Positions 13,831 to 25,591 of a stretch of DNA of 64,000 bases are shown here, piece after piece. The DNA lies in NCBI RefSeq assembly GCF_000150275.1, contig NW_002060954.1:1878821-1942820 (forward strand), written 5' to 3'. The translations under genes and the position numbers were made by a program. The notes under the pieces were generated by a model that ran no database searches, was not told the origin of the DNA, and saw only the letters and a list, made by a program, of their open reading frames with translations. Source of the DNA: Trichoplax adhaerens. Its lineage: Eukaryota > Animalia > Placozoa. How positions within the stretch are numbered: position 1 is the stretch's first letter; each line of letters opens with the position of its first letter.

Positions 13831-15258
13831 ATGTACACTTATACCACTGCTATAGTTATCGCTAGCATCGCGATAGTAGTCTCAATTTATACTCGATTCG
13901 ACTTATTTGATATGGAAAATCTTAATCGCTCCAAAATTGGGAATGAGCTATTGCACCATTACATTTGTCCCAACGTGGAACAAGCTTCTGCTATAGCTAT
14001 GGATGTTCACGCTTTCAACCCATTCGATAGAATATCAAGGCAAAAGTGCATTGATAGTTTCTCTACAACGTACAATTTGGTTTACTATTCACTATGCTTA
14101 GATAATAGCTACAAGCTAATTGTGCTACGAGGTCCTAGTCAATGTGGCAAATCCAAAAGCTTGCAGCAATTCCTATATTATCTGCGACAGAGACATATTT
14201 TGGCTATTGATTTTAATTTTGCAAATATCCAGAATGAATTGCATATGGAATCATTTCTTAATATGGCTATACTAGAAGCTATTACTCAAATCAATCTTGA
14301 TTTCCATATCGGTGATGTAATGAAGTTTGATACGATTCTTAAAAAATTGCCTTACCGTTTAACCAAGTGCAATTACTATAAAATTATGCCGATGGGTATT
14401 TTATGGAATCATAATTTATTTTTCACTTGGACATCTTGGAAGAATAAGCAGCAAAACAACCTGAAGCCTTTTATCATGCAGATATTAAATGATCCATGTT
14501 CAAACAAAAATTACGTGACAACCTTAATGACAATTTTAGCAGCTTTAGCGGAAGTAGACAGAAAATTACAACCAATTGTTGTATTTCGTGATCTTCATAA
14601 ATCTATCCTAAACCCAAGGACTAGCTCTTTAATATTTAACCTACTTCAAGAGCTATTTCATTTTATTGACAATCAACGTAATCATCTACTTCTCTTTCCT
14701 GTAGTAATGGAAATGTCTGATTACGTATGGTATGATTTTTTTTATGTTCGATCACACCAGTTTAACATACCGAAAGTAAGTTACGATGCTATCGTAATGG
14801 AACCTTTATTTGAAGAAGAAATATATCAAAAGATTGTCTATGTATATCAATTGTTGCCTGGTAAAATTTTTAACTTGGTATGGCAAAGAATTGGCCATGA
14901 TCGCAGTCTATGGAGCCAGTTTTTATACCGATATGACTATCTAAAAATACGAAATATAGGCCCTGACGATTACATAAGAACGATCATTAATCAATTACAA
15001 TTAGAATCTGACTTGAAGATCTTTCACATCCTTTCTCAAGTAACACGTGAAAATAAATCATTATCGTTAGCATTTTTAAAGACATTACATTCTAACAATT
15101 ATGTGCTAAATACGCTCGAATGGATAGTCAGACAAGAAGCCAAATACCTTCTTCAGGAACGGTTAGCTTATATCGATAAAGAATTCAATTTTCAAATACA
15201 ACATAAACTCTACCAAGCATCAATTCAAAAATATTATGAACGTATCGAGCAGAAATGA
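13831..15258 (+). CDS. Intronless 475-aa membrane-anchored P-loop NTPase-like protein (ATPase_2/STAND-like), function unknown
   Basis: A 1428-bp uninterrupted ORF in AT-rich DNA. N-terminal hydrophobic segment (TTAIVIASIAIVVSIY), Walker A KLIVLRGPSQCGKS (GPSQCGKS at nt 14131-14154), degenerate Walker B PIVVFRD, and a following strand FPVVMEMSD. Confidence 0.8.
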   Translation: MYTYTTAIVIASIAIVVSIYTRFDLFDMENLNRSKIGNELLHHYICPNVEQASAIAMDVHAFNPFDRISRQKCIDSFSTTYNLVYYSLCLDNSYKLIVLRGPSQCGKSKSLQQFLYYLRQRHILAIDFNFANIQNELHMESFLNMAILEAITQINLDFHIGDVMKFDTILKKLPYRLTKCNYYKIMPMGILWNHNLFFTWTSWKNKQQNNLKPFIMQILNDPCSNKNYVTTLMTILAALAEVDRKLQPIVVFRDLHKSILNPRTSSLIFNLLQELFHFIDNQRNHLLLFPVVMEMSDYVWYDFFYVRSHQFNIPKVSYDAIVMEPLFEEEIYQKIVYVYQLLPGKIFNLVWQRIGHDRSLWSQFLYRYDYLKIRNIGPDDYIRTIINQLQLESDLKIFHILSQVTRENKSLSLAFLKTLHSNNYVLNTLEWIVRQEAKYLLQERLAYIDKEFNFQIQHKLYQASIQKYYERIEQK

Positions 15259-15694
15259 TGTTGCTATTTTGGAAGTTACTATTCGCTTTTTCATGGAAAG
15301 TTTTCTGTTTACGATACATTATGTTGTTTTGCAATTAGGCAACATCAAGAATGATTCTTACCATTTACATTGAATTAAATATATAATTTATGTATCTGAT
15401 GTTATGATAATAATTAACAATAAAATAATTCTGATTTTAATCCTTTCCTTTTAGTGTAAAATCATTATGTTATAGCGGCCACATCTTCACAGGCTCATTC
15501 GATATACATTGTCAGTATTACCATGCTGTTGTGTAGTATAAGAAACATTATTCGATCATTTTCATAATAAGCCACCAATCGAAACACAGACATGCAGTTC
15601 TTTAACGTTTGACTCTTGCTAACAGCCAGTATGGTGTACAAATTTCGTCTTGAATTAGCTTATTACTCAGATGCATTTACGGACACTACATCAT

Positions 15695-18600
15695 TTATAC
15701 CAGAACCTCTTCCGATTCCTGAATGGCCGGTTTTTGCTTTTCAGTTTCTGGAGCGGGTGTCATGCTACTAAAGGCTTTTACTTTTTTGTGTACCACTACA
15801 AATGAGATTATTATCGCATTAAGATCGCCGATATGACTAATGGTAGTAAGTTTCGCACTTGAAATATGAAAAGCTGTTGCGGACTTGTAACAGCAATGAA
15901 ATTTAAAATGTACTATAACAATAGTACTCTATAATACTTACTGTAACCCTGTCCCTGTAGGAATAATTGCACTCCAGTTGACACTGCACCAGCCTAATTA
16001 AGGCGTGCAAATAAGTTTAAATGATCAAATTGTTACAACTTGCGATATTGCCATACTAATAATACCCTAAATCTTAGGCTTAACAAACCTTTTCGTCTAA
16101 AAGTAAGCCGCCACATTCCTCTAACTAAAGAATAAAAAGAATAAATCCTTTACAATGATCAAATGAGTTACCAAATACTTTGATATGACGTAAACTGGCA
16201 CCTAATGTAATTATTTGTAAATATATCTACGATCCGGTACTATACTGAGTGAAATATATGATAAAAATCATAAAGTACCTTCATAAATGTAGATTGTGTG
16301 GGATCAAGCCTTGAATTTAGATCAACCTGCATATAAAATTTTCAATTTATAGGTCTCTATAATTGTAAATGCTAGAAGGTTTACCGTATGACAAATTATA
16401 CAGCATATACCACTTGATCAATGATCGGAGATTCTGAACCAACCATGAGCAAAACAGGACAACTGAACAAGATGATGTAATGTTAATTATTATAGCAATA
16501 ATCTTTCGACCGCTCAATGATCCATAGTGCTTGTTACCTCAAAACTGTTGGTGAAGATGCGGGCATAGTCGAACTTGGCTTTGTAATTTGTATAACGGTG
16601 CGACTGAAGTAAAACATTAAAACAACAGAATTTCTTAGAACCTTCTCATTATGAATTTATATTGCGGTACAAGATTACAGAAGAAGAGTGCCAGATTCCT
16701 GGCCTCACGGTATATGTGATTTATAGCCTCATCTTCTACTTACTTATGGTAAGAGTTCATAAATTTTGCTAGGTTGGTAGGTTTTAATTTCATTAAACAC
16801 GATCGCAGATGGTTTAATTCGTCGATATTAATTTCCGGAGTCTATAATTAGATCAAAAGTAATACGATAAATATAGTTGAACAGCATGTTTCAAATGTGA
16901 GTAACAACTAAAAACTTCCATAGCACCTGTCCAAAATAATACCACTCTAAATGATTCAGCGTATGATTTGTAACTCCGTTTCGGCTAAGATACCATCCAG
17001 TCAACTATGGTTATGAGGTGAATAACAGTGAGGATATACCCGGTACAGAAGATCTGAAGCAATGAATATTTTAATCATGAGACTGAAACAAAAGACAAGC
17101 AGTAAACCTTTTGTTGTCCCCACTCAGCCCAGGAAGCAGCCATGCTAACTGTATTAACCAGGATTAAACTTGTTACCATTGCCTTATGTTTCAACTATAA
17201 CATTTTTATAATTTTGTTATATGCGTAGAATCAATATCCTCTTTTACCATGCAACACTATACATAACTTGAATGTTCATGAAAATTTCAAACATTGATTA
17301 CTTACAGCAAATCTAAGGAGGACATTGCCCCCTACACCTACACCAAATCCTATGAATCTGCGTATACTGAAGTAATTTAAAAGTAATGAAGCATTAAAAT
17401 CCGGGAAGAAAATATTTTTGAAGACTTAGAGTTCTGCTACTTTGTAATGTAAAACTTGGAATTACGGTTTATTACTTGTAATGCTCGCAAACTGTTAATA
17501 TATTGTTAGCCAACTGATCCATTGTCGGGTATTGATAGCTAGGTTAAAGGAAAAATGAAGATTTATGAACTTTTTAGGAAATAGAGACAGAATTTTTGAA
17601 ATTGTAGCCTCTCAGAATAATCTTGAGGTCCATAATATACATACGTATCGGGTAATACTTCAGCATCCTCCTCCTTTACATTGTATGTACAAAAACGATA
17701 TTAATACTCGTATATTCGCAACTAGCAAAGCTAAATGAATTGTATCATCATTACTCTGAAAAGTTGACTGAAATCATTAATTTACCTGTCCTGGTGCATC
17801 CACGTGGTAAATACAAAAATTTTCTAACAATACTTCTGATTCTGGGAATCCAAGATATCCACCAAAACAAGTCTTATCTAAAACAAGTTCGTAGATAATG
17901 ATAGTCATTCATACAAAATGTTTTTTGGTATATACAGTATTAGGCCATATTTAAACTTACGATTTAATCCAAAGTCATGAAACGTGATCATTGCCGGTTT
18001 TCGAAGATTACCCTTTGCGATCAGACAAAATTTAATACTCAATACTAAATGCAGCAAAATTAACTATCGAAATTGGTATGCTTAAGACAGTATGAATCCT
18101 AGTAATAACATAAAACGTAGTTTATGTTTTTCACTTCCAATAGATTTATTTACAGTTAGTTACTGGAGGAGTACTGTACATATAATAGCGATATACTGTA
18201 CTCGTATATATATAGATAAAAAATTAGGGTAATAATATGACAAAGAGTACAAAGCTGTAGCGCTTGATGAAAGTGCTTCAGAAACAGTAAGTTAAATCAC
18301 TTTCTCTCAAGAATTTATTACTTAGATATTCGGTAAGTCATATCTATTGTAGTATTTATGATTCGATTTAAATGATTGTTATTCTATAAAAGTTTTACCT
18401 GTATGTTAACATGAACGAAACCATTTTCTACCAAGATTTTCTTGTAAGGCTATCGTTAAACATACAATAAAAATAATCCATTGTCAATCTTAAATCGTAT
18501 TACGGTTAGTCATAGCAACGTACACCAGTTTGTAGGATGGTACGAATTACAGTGATTATAAGCTGTAAACGCGTTTTACCCAATGAAAAATATATATTTT

Positions 18601-19774
18601 TGAAAGATAACACGAATTAGATAATTACAAAGACATCAACATTTAATTTCATGTCTATGAATATTGCTACAGTAAATACATCCTAATATCCTATCATTAA
18701 TATAAGCATAAATATACTTATATTGTTCGAGGACAAGCCCAGTTGCGAAATGTAAGCTATCATAACACGCTAGTAGCCTCGCTTGATACTAAATGTAGTC
18801 ATGTGTGTTAGACTAGGCAAATTATATTATCAATGTGTTGCAATTATCTCATTAAGTTAATATTCCTTTACAGAGCAACCTCGTTATTATTAAATTCTAT
18901 TTAATACCGTAACTTAAGACTTCTGATGCGCTAGTTTACGTTACCGTGATTGTACTGTATGAATTTGTAGTCTAGAGATGTTGTACCTTATTATCAGCAA
19001 TATATCATGTGGTTAATAAATAATTTACGTATATCAAGAATAAATCGGCTCCAATATGTGGTCTACCAAGTTTAGACTAACATTTCTATCTCAATCTGAT
19101 GTTGTTACCCTTACAAGAAATGTTACTGTTACTCAATTCTTCAAGATTTTGGACACTAATGCCAATATGAGGTTGCATCGAACTTTGACCCTTCACTGCC
19201 TTCAGTGATAAACATCATCATTAACCCTAAGGTAGAGGGCCATTAACTTAAGCAGAAAAATCTCGAACATTGCAGGCTTACTTGCAGACATTATACCAGT
19301 GAAATTTACAGTTAATAGATTACAGATAATGCGTTGGTTTGACGGAATCGATCGTGCAGAGAAGGACCTCCACTGAAGAAGTGCTGCAGCTCGTCTTCAA
19401 AAAACTCGTAACATAATTATTTTAAGTCTATTGCTGTCACGATTTCTCTTCATTTTAGCAAGAATTCATTTACCTATCATTATTACATTATTCCTATGAT
19501 CGAAATCATGCAATTATGAAATTGCTCTATAAGCCTTGAGGTTTAATTAATTACTGTATTGAAATTTTGACAGCTTGTATGTTCTGATTCAAGCCATAGG
19601 TACATCAACAAGTTTGAAAGACGATGAAGTTTTTACCTGGAATTTTTCCTCATTTTTAGTATCGGTGCTGCCTTCAGTGCTTTGCTGAGTTTTATCGCCA
19701 TGTATCTTGTTTACTGTCAGTTCGATCTCTTCGAAGGTATTCCCTTTGCTTCCAACATTAGCTGATTCGGCCAT
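15695..19774 (-). CDS. NDRG: NDRG family protein (alpha/beta-hydrolase-fold pseudoenzyme), 16 exons
   Basis: Largely missed by the ORF track. Exons approx. 19637-19774, 18399-18449, 17961-18012, 17786-17877, 17645-17673, 17476-17538, 17306-17366, 17108-17194, 16927-17004, 16744-16841, 16538-16603, 16411-16462, 16279-16326, 16089-16124, 15941-15992, 15695-15795. The spliced protein contains PAMITFHDFGLNHKTCF, CIYHVDAPGQ, YQYPTMDQLA, IGFGVGVGGNVLLRFA, CPVLLMVG, NSRLDPTQSTFMK and LFLQGQGY, all NDRG hallmarks. Confidence 0.93.
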
Positions 19775-19911
19775 TCTTTGCTGCTTTCAAAGCTCATCTG
19801 GTTACTGAACTACTGATGAGCTTAAGTCTACCTGACGAGTGGCTATGACCATAGACTACGAGGTAATGAATCCATGCTGTTATGCGCAGCCTCTGTTACG
19901 ACCATATGATC

Positions 19912-20006
19912 GTACAGTACTATGCTGTGCTCTTTATTATCAAGTCAGAATCTGCAGTCATACTGTACAGTACTGTATCTCTACAGTATAAGGGCCTCTA
20001 CTGTAG
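19912..20006. repeat. TACWG (TACAGTA/TACTGTA) array in the NDRG/EMC8 divergent intergenic region
   Basis: gtacagtacta...tactgtacagtactgtatctctacagtata...ctactgtag lies within the 432 bp between the two ATGs. Confidence 0.75.
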
Positions 20007-20206
20007 TTAAGGTAGCAGAAAATGGGACACAGACAGAAAGACATCAGTCCCCTGATGCGAAGACACGAACAGTAATATCGGGTGATTGAAAGCCGAAAGG
20101 GATTCGTTTTAATCACTCGCTGGACTTGAAAGTAAAAGCTAATTCAGTCAATTGTAATTTAAATTGTATTTATAGTATTTCTTTACGTTATATTATTGAA
20201 ACAGTT

Positions 20207-22839
20207 ATGGCAGCTGCCAAAATTACCGTTAAATCAAGGAGTTACGCTAAGATTTTATTACATGCAGCTAAGTATCCCCATTGCAAAGTGGATGGCCTGC
20301 TCATCGGTAAATTAACTAACAATGGACGCGATGCCTTGGCTACTGATGCGATACCTTTATTTCATACTAGCCATGGCTTAACTCCTATGCTAGAAATAGC
20401 CCTTAGTCAGGTTAGGTATCTACGTAACTATCCTGGATAAAACAGTGTCAACACTTAGAGCACTTAACTTGAAACGGTATCATTTTATACTGTATTCTAT
20501 AGTCATCACCCTCTTTTCCTGGCCCTTATACTAGTACTTTTATCGTACTTTTATACAGGATTAGTGAACGAAAACTGCACGGTGTATATGCTGCGGTTGT
20601 TCAACTTCGATTTTCCTACATTTACAGCATCTGAATACAGTCATGGGCTAAAAATCTTATATTTTAGTAGTGCACGTAATAACTCGAAGTTCATGGTACC
20701 ATATATTGTACTTTGCTTTGATACGCAACAGTCTTTCATCTCTGCAGGAATGTATCAATATCAACTAGAGCTTAGCAGTACTATCCGCGTATTGATACGC
20801 TGAAATAAACTGTAGACTATCTGCCTCTCACCCGTCGTATCTTTTTACCCATTGCAAAATTTGATACGTATTCAGTTGTCACCACCGACTAACTTATCAT
20901 TTTTACATTTGCCAACTATATCAAACAGCACAGTACAGTGAGTATACTTTTCACATACATTTGGACTAAACTATGGTCCCCCTACTTATGAGCACGGACA
21001 CCGAGTTGATTGAAAACAGCCATGGCATCGAATTCGTGCTAAGTCTCGCTAGGACGAATCTAATCTTCACTATTACAGTACACACAGCACATAGTAATTA
21101 TATTATAGGCCATGTTATACATACTTAATTGATATTGCAATACAGAACTTACTCATAACGAACTACTCATATTTAATAAACATAAGGACTTGTGCTCAAC
21201 ATGAGCAGCTTATTCACGCTCTGTTCAATGCTACAATACTACATTAGCTAATCATCTGCGTTAATAAGAATTCAATAATTTTACGTATGATCCATCTCGT
21301 AAGGAAGAAAAATGTTAACATCAACTTACATACCGAATCATAATTATGGATATCAATTCTTGAATAATGGCCACATAGTAAAGTGCCAGCTAGTTTCGAT
21401 TTATGAAGTTTGAAATTATAGTTGCTTAGTACTATCAGTACACTTATACCTATTAAGAATGGAAGGGCGTATTGATCGTGAACTACAAATTGATAATTTC
21501 ACGTTCAATACAGTGAAAATTGATATTTTCTTTTCAAATGAAAACAGTATACATAATGTGTATCCCGTTTAATATACTATTATATAGGCCGAGGCTTATG
21601 CTGAATCTCAGAAATTGTCCATTGTCGGATATTATCAAGCGAATGAACAGCTATCAGAATCACATACGTAAGTGATATAATGATATTTAACCATAGATCT
21701 ACTTAAGGTAGTAAAATATTATTTAGTACAATGTTTGTATTTCACTTTAGTATCATAAATCTAAAGGTAAAATTTAATCAATTTTTGATACTATATGTAT
21801 AAAATTACTTTTATTAGCAAAATTTATAACTGCATTATTAATTAATTATTACAAAACTCATATTTCCTTTATCTGATGTACTACAAATCTTCGACAGTTA
21901 AAAGCTGTACAAGTGGCACAGTAATTAGATCTAAATAGAAAACACCTAATCTAGTACTATCTATAGTATAAGATTATCAAATTTACTTTCTAATAACTGC
22001 AAAAATCGGAAGCTCTGTACCGTATTACGTAGACTACATTATTTTTGCTCTTTACTGGAGATATTTATACTGTAACGTTGCACAGTAATTTAAATCTTTA
22101 TATAAAAATTGATTTTATTTTCTAAGGCCGGATGCTTTTGCTATAAAAATCGCCGATAGGATATTGAGCTGTTGTAAATATTGTAGTTTGATGATGGTGA
22201 GTAGCCCGTATACTAATGCATTAGCCACTATGTTGATTTATATGGATGAAATTAGCAATGTAGCTGTTTCTTTAAAACATTTGATGCGGCGTTATAATTA
22301 AGATTAATTTGTTTTAACACATATCGGATATCCTTGATTTATATCTTTATACCCTTTGCATTTAAATTATTAAACCACAGGTAGACAATTGTAAAGTTTC
22401 TTTGTCATGTCAAGAAGACGCACTAGTTGTGAGTATCTACAATTATTCAACGATATCTTCATCATGATAATGTGATTGATTGACGCATACTCGATAGTAA
22501 TGGGTAACCTTTATTTTAAATAATTATTTTATTATAGTGCTACAATAATATAGAAGGGAAATGGAAGAAAGACTCTCAATAGTAAGCATCGCGAGGCTGA
22601 CTTGACAATCATACATGTTGCAATTTTAACATTTAGGATCAACAATATGTGTAATGTGACTAACATTTAATTTCATATTCAGTTCTTTAGAGCATCCTAA
22701 TGAAACGTTGCCAGCATTAGCTAAGCTTATGACTGGTAAAGCATACAAGAATTTAAAAGATTTCGATAACCATTTGGATGATATTTCCGTAGATTGGCTG
22801 AACATTAGCATAAACAAACAGATTACAGAAGCTATGTAA
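20207..22839 (+). CDS. EMC8: ER membrane protein complex subunit 8/9 (UPF0172), 6 exons
   Basis: Exons 20207-20410, 21588-21667, 22127-22196, 22381-22428, 22538-22581, 22683-22839. Motifs YAKILLHAAKYPHCKVDGLLIG, DAIPLFH, TPMLEIALSQ, IVGYYQANE and DFDNHLDDISVDWLN. Co-ortholog of EMC8/EMC9. Confidence 0.93.
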
Positions 22840-25091
22840 AACTTTTAGCGATATCTAAGTAAATTTATGATTAATCGCTAATCATTCTATAACGGATAAT
22901 TTACTTTACAGAAATATTTTAATTTAACGATTTTTATGTACAGTGTAAAGTAAAGATGAAACTATGCACCGCTATCCGGATCATTTCGAAATAGATGACA
23001 TTGAACCTTATTTGTTGTTATCATGTACGTTTAAGTAGCACCGGAAATGCTCGTTTTACTTAGCCATCTTCATCATAAGAGCAATTCTCGCCTTAGAATC
23101 TATTGGTCCTCTAATAAAATACAAAATTTATATTGTCATCTATTACTACTCATATTACGGATAATATTACACCTAGTGCTAGAAGAAAGGATTGGCTATA
23201 TGATAATGGATTATAGTGTATTGCATACTTTAACGGAACTTTGATGTTTTTTCTAATATGGCTCGTGCTCGAACAAGTAGTACTGTATTTTTGGACCTAT
23301 TTTTGTTTTACTCTAATATGGATACAGGTTAAAGTCAGTCCTTAACTAACTACAGTACCTTAAATATAGCACGTAAATATTACAGATAGGGTTGATAATC
23401 GTTACCGACCATGCTTATTTAATTAGTAAGCAGTGCTTAGAATAGCAAAAAGTAAACCGAGATCATGACTACTTTACCGAGTACGACATGCGATTGAATT
23501 AGTATAACTAAATAGGTAGAAAAAATGAATTTGAGAGTATTACAGCGCACGAAATGATGCGCATAAACTTTTACTATGCTAGAATGCTTGGCAAAAGGTT
23601 AAATACAATCGATAAACTCTTATGTTAATAATTATGATTAACTGTATATTGGACGAATAATATTTACTATTTGATATTTTAGTTCTCCGTATAGACTGAA
23701 TAAGTCCACAATAGATCGAAAACTATTGGAATAAGTACAAAATATTGTTGATAATTCGCTCCATCCTAATGTAGTGTGCATGATTGGAAGCTGAACTATG
23801 TCTAGTAATTTTTTGCTGTAGCTATTAGAAAGTAGAATTGGAAGAACCAAACCACCGGAAATTTTAACTCAAATTTTTTTCAAAAATCACGATGAAGACA
23901 GTTGTGATTGTGAAGTAATCATGGAGTACAAATATTATGCTACCTTTGATTAAAATACTAGTGTAGTAATAGCAGATATGTTATTAATTTTTTGTATTCG
24001 ATTTTAGAAAGCAGGCTTGTCATCAATAAACCTGCAAATGTTGTACGCGTAGTATTATATAGTAAGAACAAGCATTAATATAATGTAGACTCACGGTTAA
24101 TCTTAAATGCTCCTTCTAATACAACAGTATTAACTGTATGATGAAGCTGATGACTTAAGTTGTGTGACCATACAGAACTTTGTATATAGCAAAACATTCT
24201 GATATCTTTATCATAAGCACTCTACCAAACTGAAATAATTATTGTGGCTTAATTGCTTGTATAACTAATGTACTTGCATCTGCAGTGATTTTGCGTACAC
24301 TACAGCATCATACTTATCCTCTTCACGAGTCTCTAGATTAATAAACTAGTATCATAGCTACAGTTTAAGACTTTATGAAGGAGTTTGATGCCAATTTTTT
24401 TTTTGGGGGGGGGAGAATATAGGTATGTTGGTGTCTTCCACAATCATTTCCTCTGCACCTGATGTATGTTACACAATACGTATTTAATTTCAAGTCATAA
24501 GGCTTGCTAGTTTACTTTTCAAAATGTGTGCTCATTCCTTTTATTCGATCACAGCTACCTTACTGCTATATTTTGTTAGCTGCAGCTTTATAGTAGCATA
24601 TCGCGGTCGATTTTAATTGGTAAATTGTTATTACATTACCAGTTTTATACACTAGTAAATAATTAATTAATGAGCTACGTAAAGAGACTTCTCCCAAGTA
24701 GAATTCTCATAATGCGAAAGGCCTAATCTTGGAATTGATCATTAAATAGCTAGATATATGCGATTGGTTAGGAGCAAAGTATTATATAATATTGCACGGA
24801 AGTCATCTAAAATTAAATAATTGTTTTTATTATTAGTGTCGTATTATATTAATCGGAAATTCGAAGAAATTCTCGATAGGATACGTATAATAATTTCAAT
24901 TACCTATACTTTTAGTTGTATAAATGAACTCTACATTTGTAGAAAAAAACGTCAAGTCAAACTTTGTCCTAGTACAATACAGTAAGTTGTATTAGTTTAT
25001 CATTAAAAGCACACCACCGATCCATCGCTATCGAGCAATGATACCTAAAATCTAAAGTTGCGGTTTTAATAATACATTGTAACTCAACGGA

Positions 25092-25490
25092 TCATGATGA
25101 TCTGGATAGAAGTGTATAAGCTACCACAGCAACTATTAACACGATAACAATTGTGCTAAAATTCGATCCTCCTTTATTCGTTTCTTGAGCATTTGGTGGG
25201 AAAAAGTGAACCTTGTAGTCCATCTCATTCACTTCTGACTGGACAATATCTCCAATATAATAATTCTGCATCATGCTTCGAGCGTCGGTAGAGTGGCCTA
25301 CGTCTTCGAAAGCTTCTGTAGCTTCTTTGCCAGCCATTTCTAGCAATACTTCCTCTCCACCTGGATGTTCCTCCATAAATTTCGACACGTCATACACCTT
25401 GTTATGTATTATCAACCATAGCGCCTGACCATTGTTGTGCTTAGCAACTTCTTCTCTGGTAAATGTCTTTGTCGATTCTTCAGAAGACAT
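25092..25490 (-). CDS. CYB5: Cytochrome b5, tail-anchored, single coding exon
   Basis: 132-aa ORF with [19 protein letters not shown] and [15 protein letters not shown] heme-ligand motifs and a C-terminal hydrophobic anchor. Confidence 0.96.
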   Translation of the reverse strand: MSSEESTKTFTREEVAKHNNGQALWLIIHNKVYDVSKFMEEHPGGEEVLLEMAGKEATEAFEDVGHSTDARSMMQNYYIGDIVQSEVNEMDYKVHFFPPNAQETNKGGSNFSTIVIVLIVAVVAYTLLSRSS

Positions 25491-25591
25491 TTTTCCTTAC
25501 TCCTTCAAGGCAATGAAACTGATAAAAAATGGCAACAATCACAAGTGCACGTTTACAATTTCTGAACTAAGACCACAGTCACTTTTCTTTT

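Noticed and set aside
22579-22584. Apparent premature TAG in EMC8 exon 5
   Set aside because: The G belongs to the donor (TA|GTAAGC); splicing yields TAT (Tyr) and the frame continues to the conserved C-terminus.
23680-23950. Exon-like stretch LLESRIGRTKPPEILTQIFFKNHDEDSCDCE between EMC8 and cytochrome b5
   Set aside because: Adjacent in-frame stops, no recognisable homology and no linkable exons.
24395-24413. T10-G9 homopolymer junction (similar G run at 42372-42381)
   Set aside because: Simple homopolymers, too short for a four-tract G-quadruplex, with no further structure.
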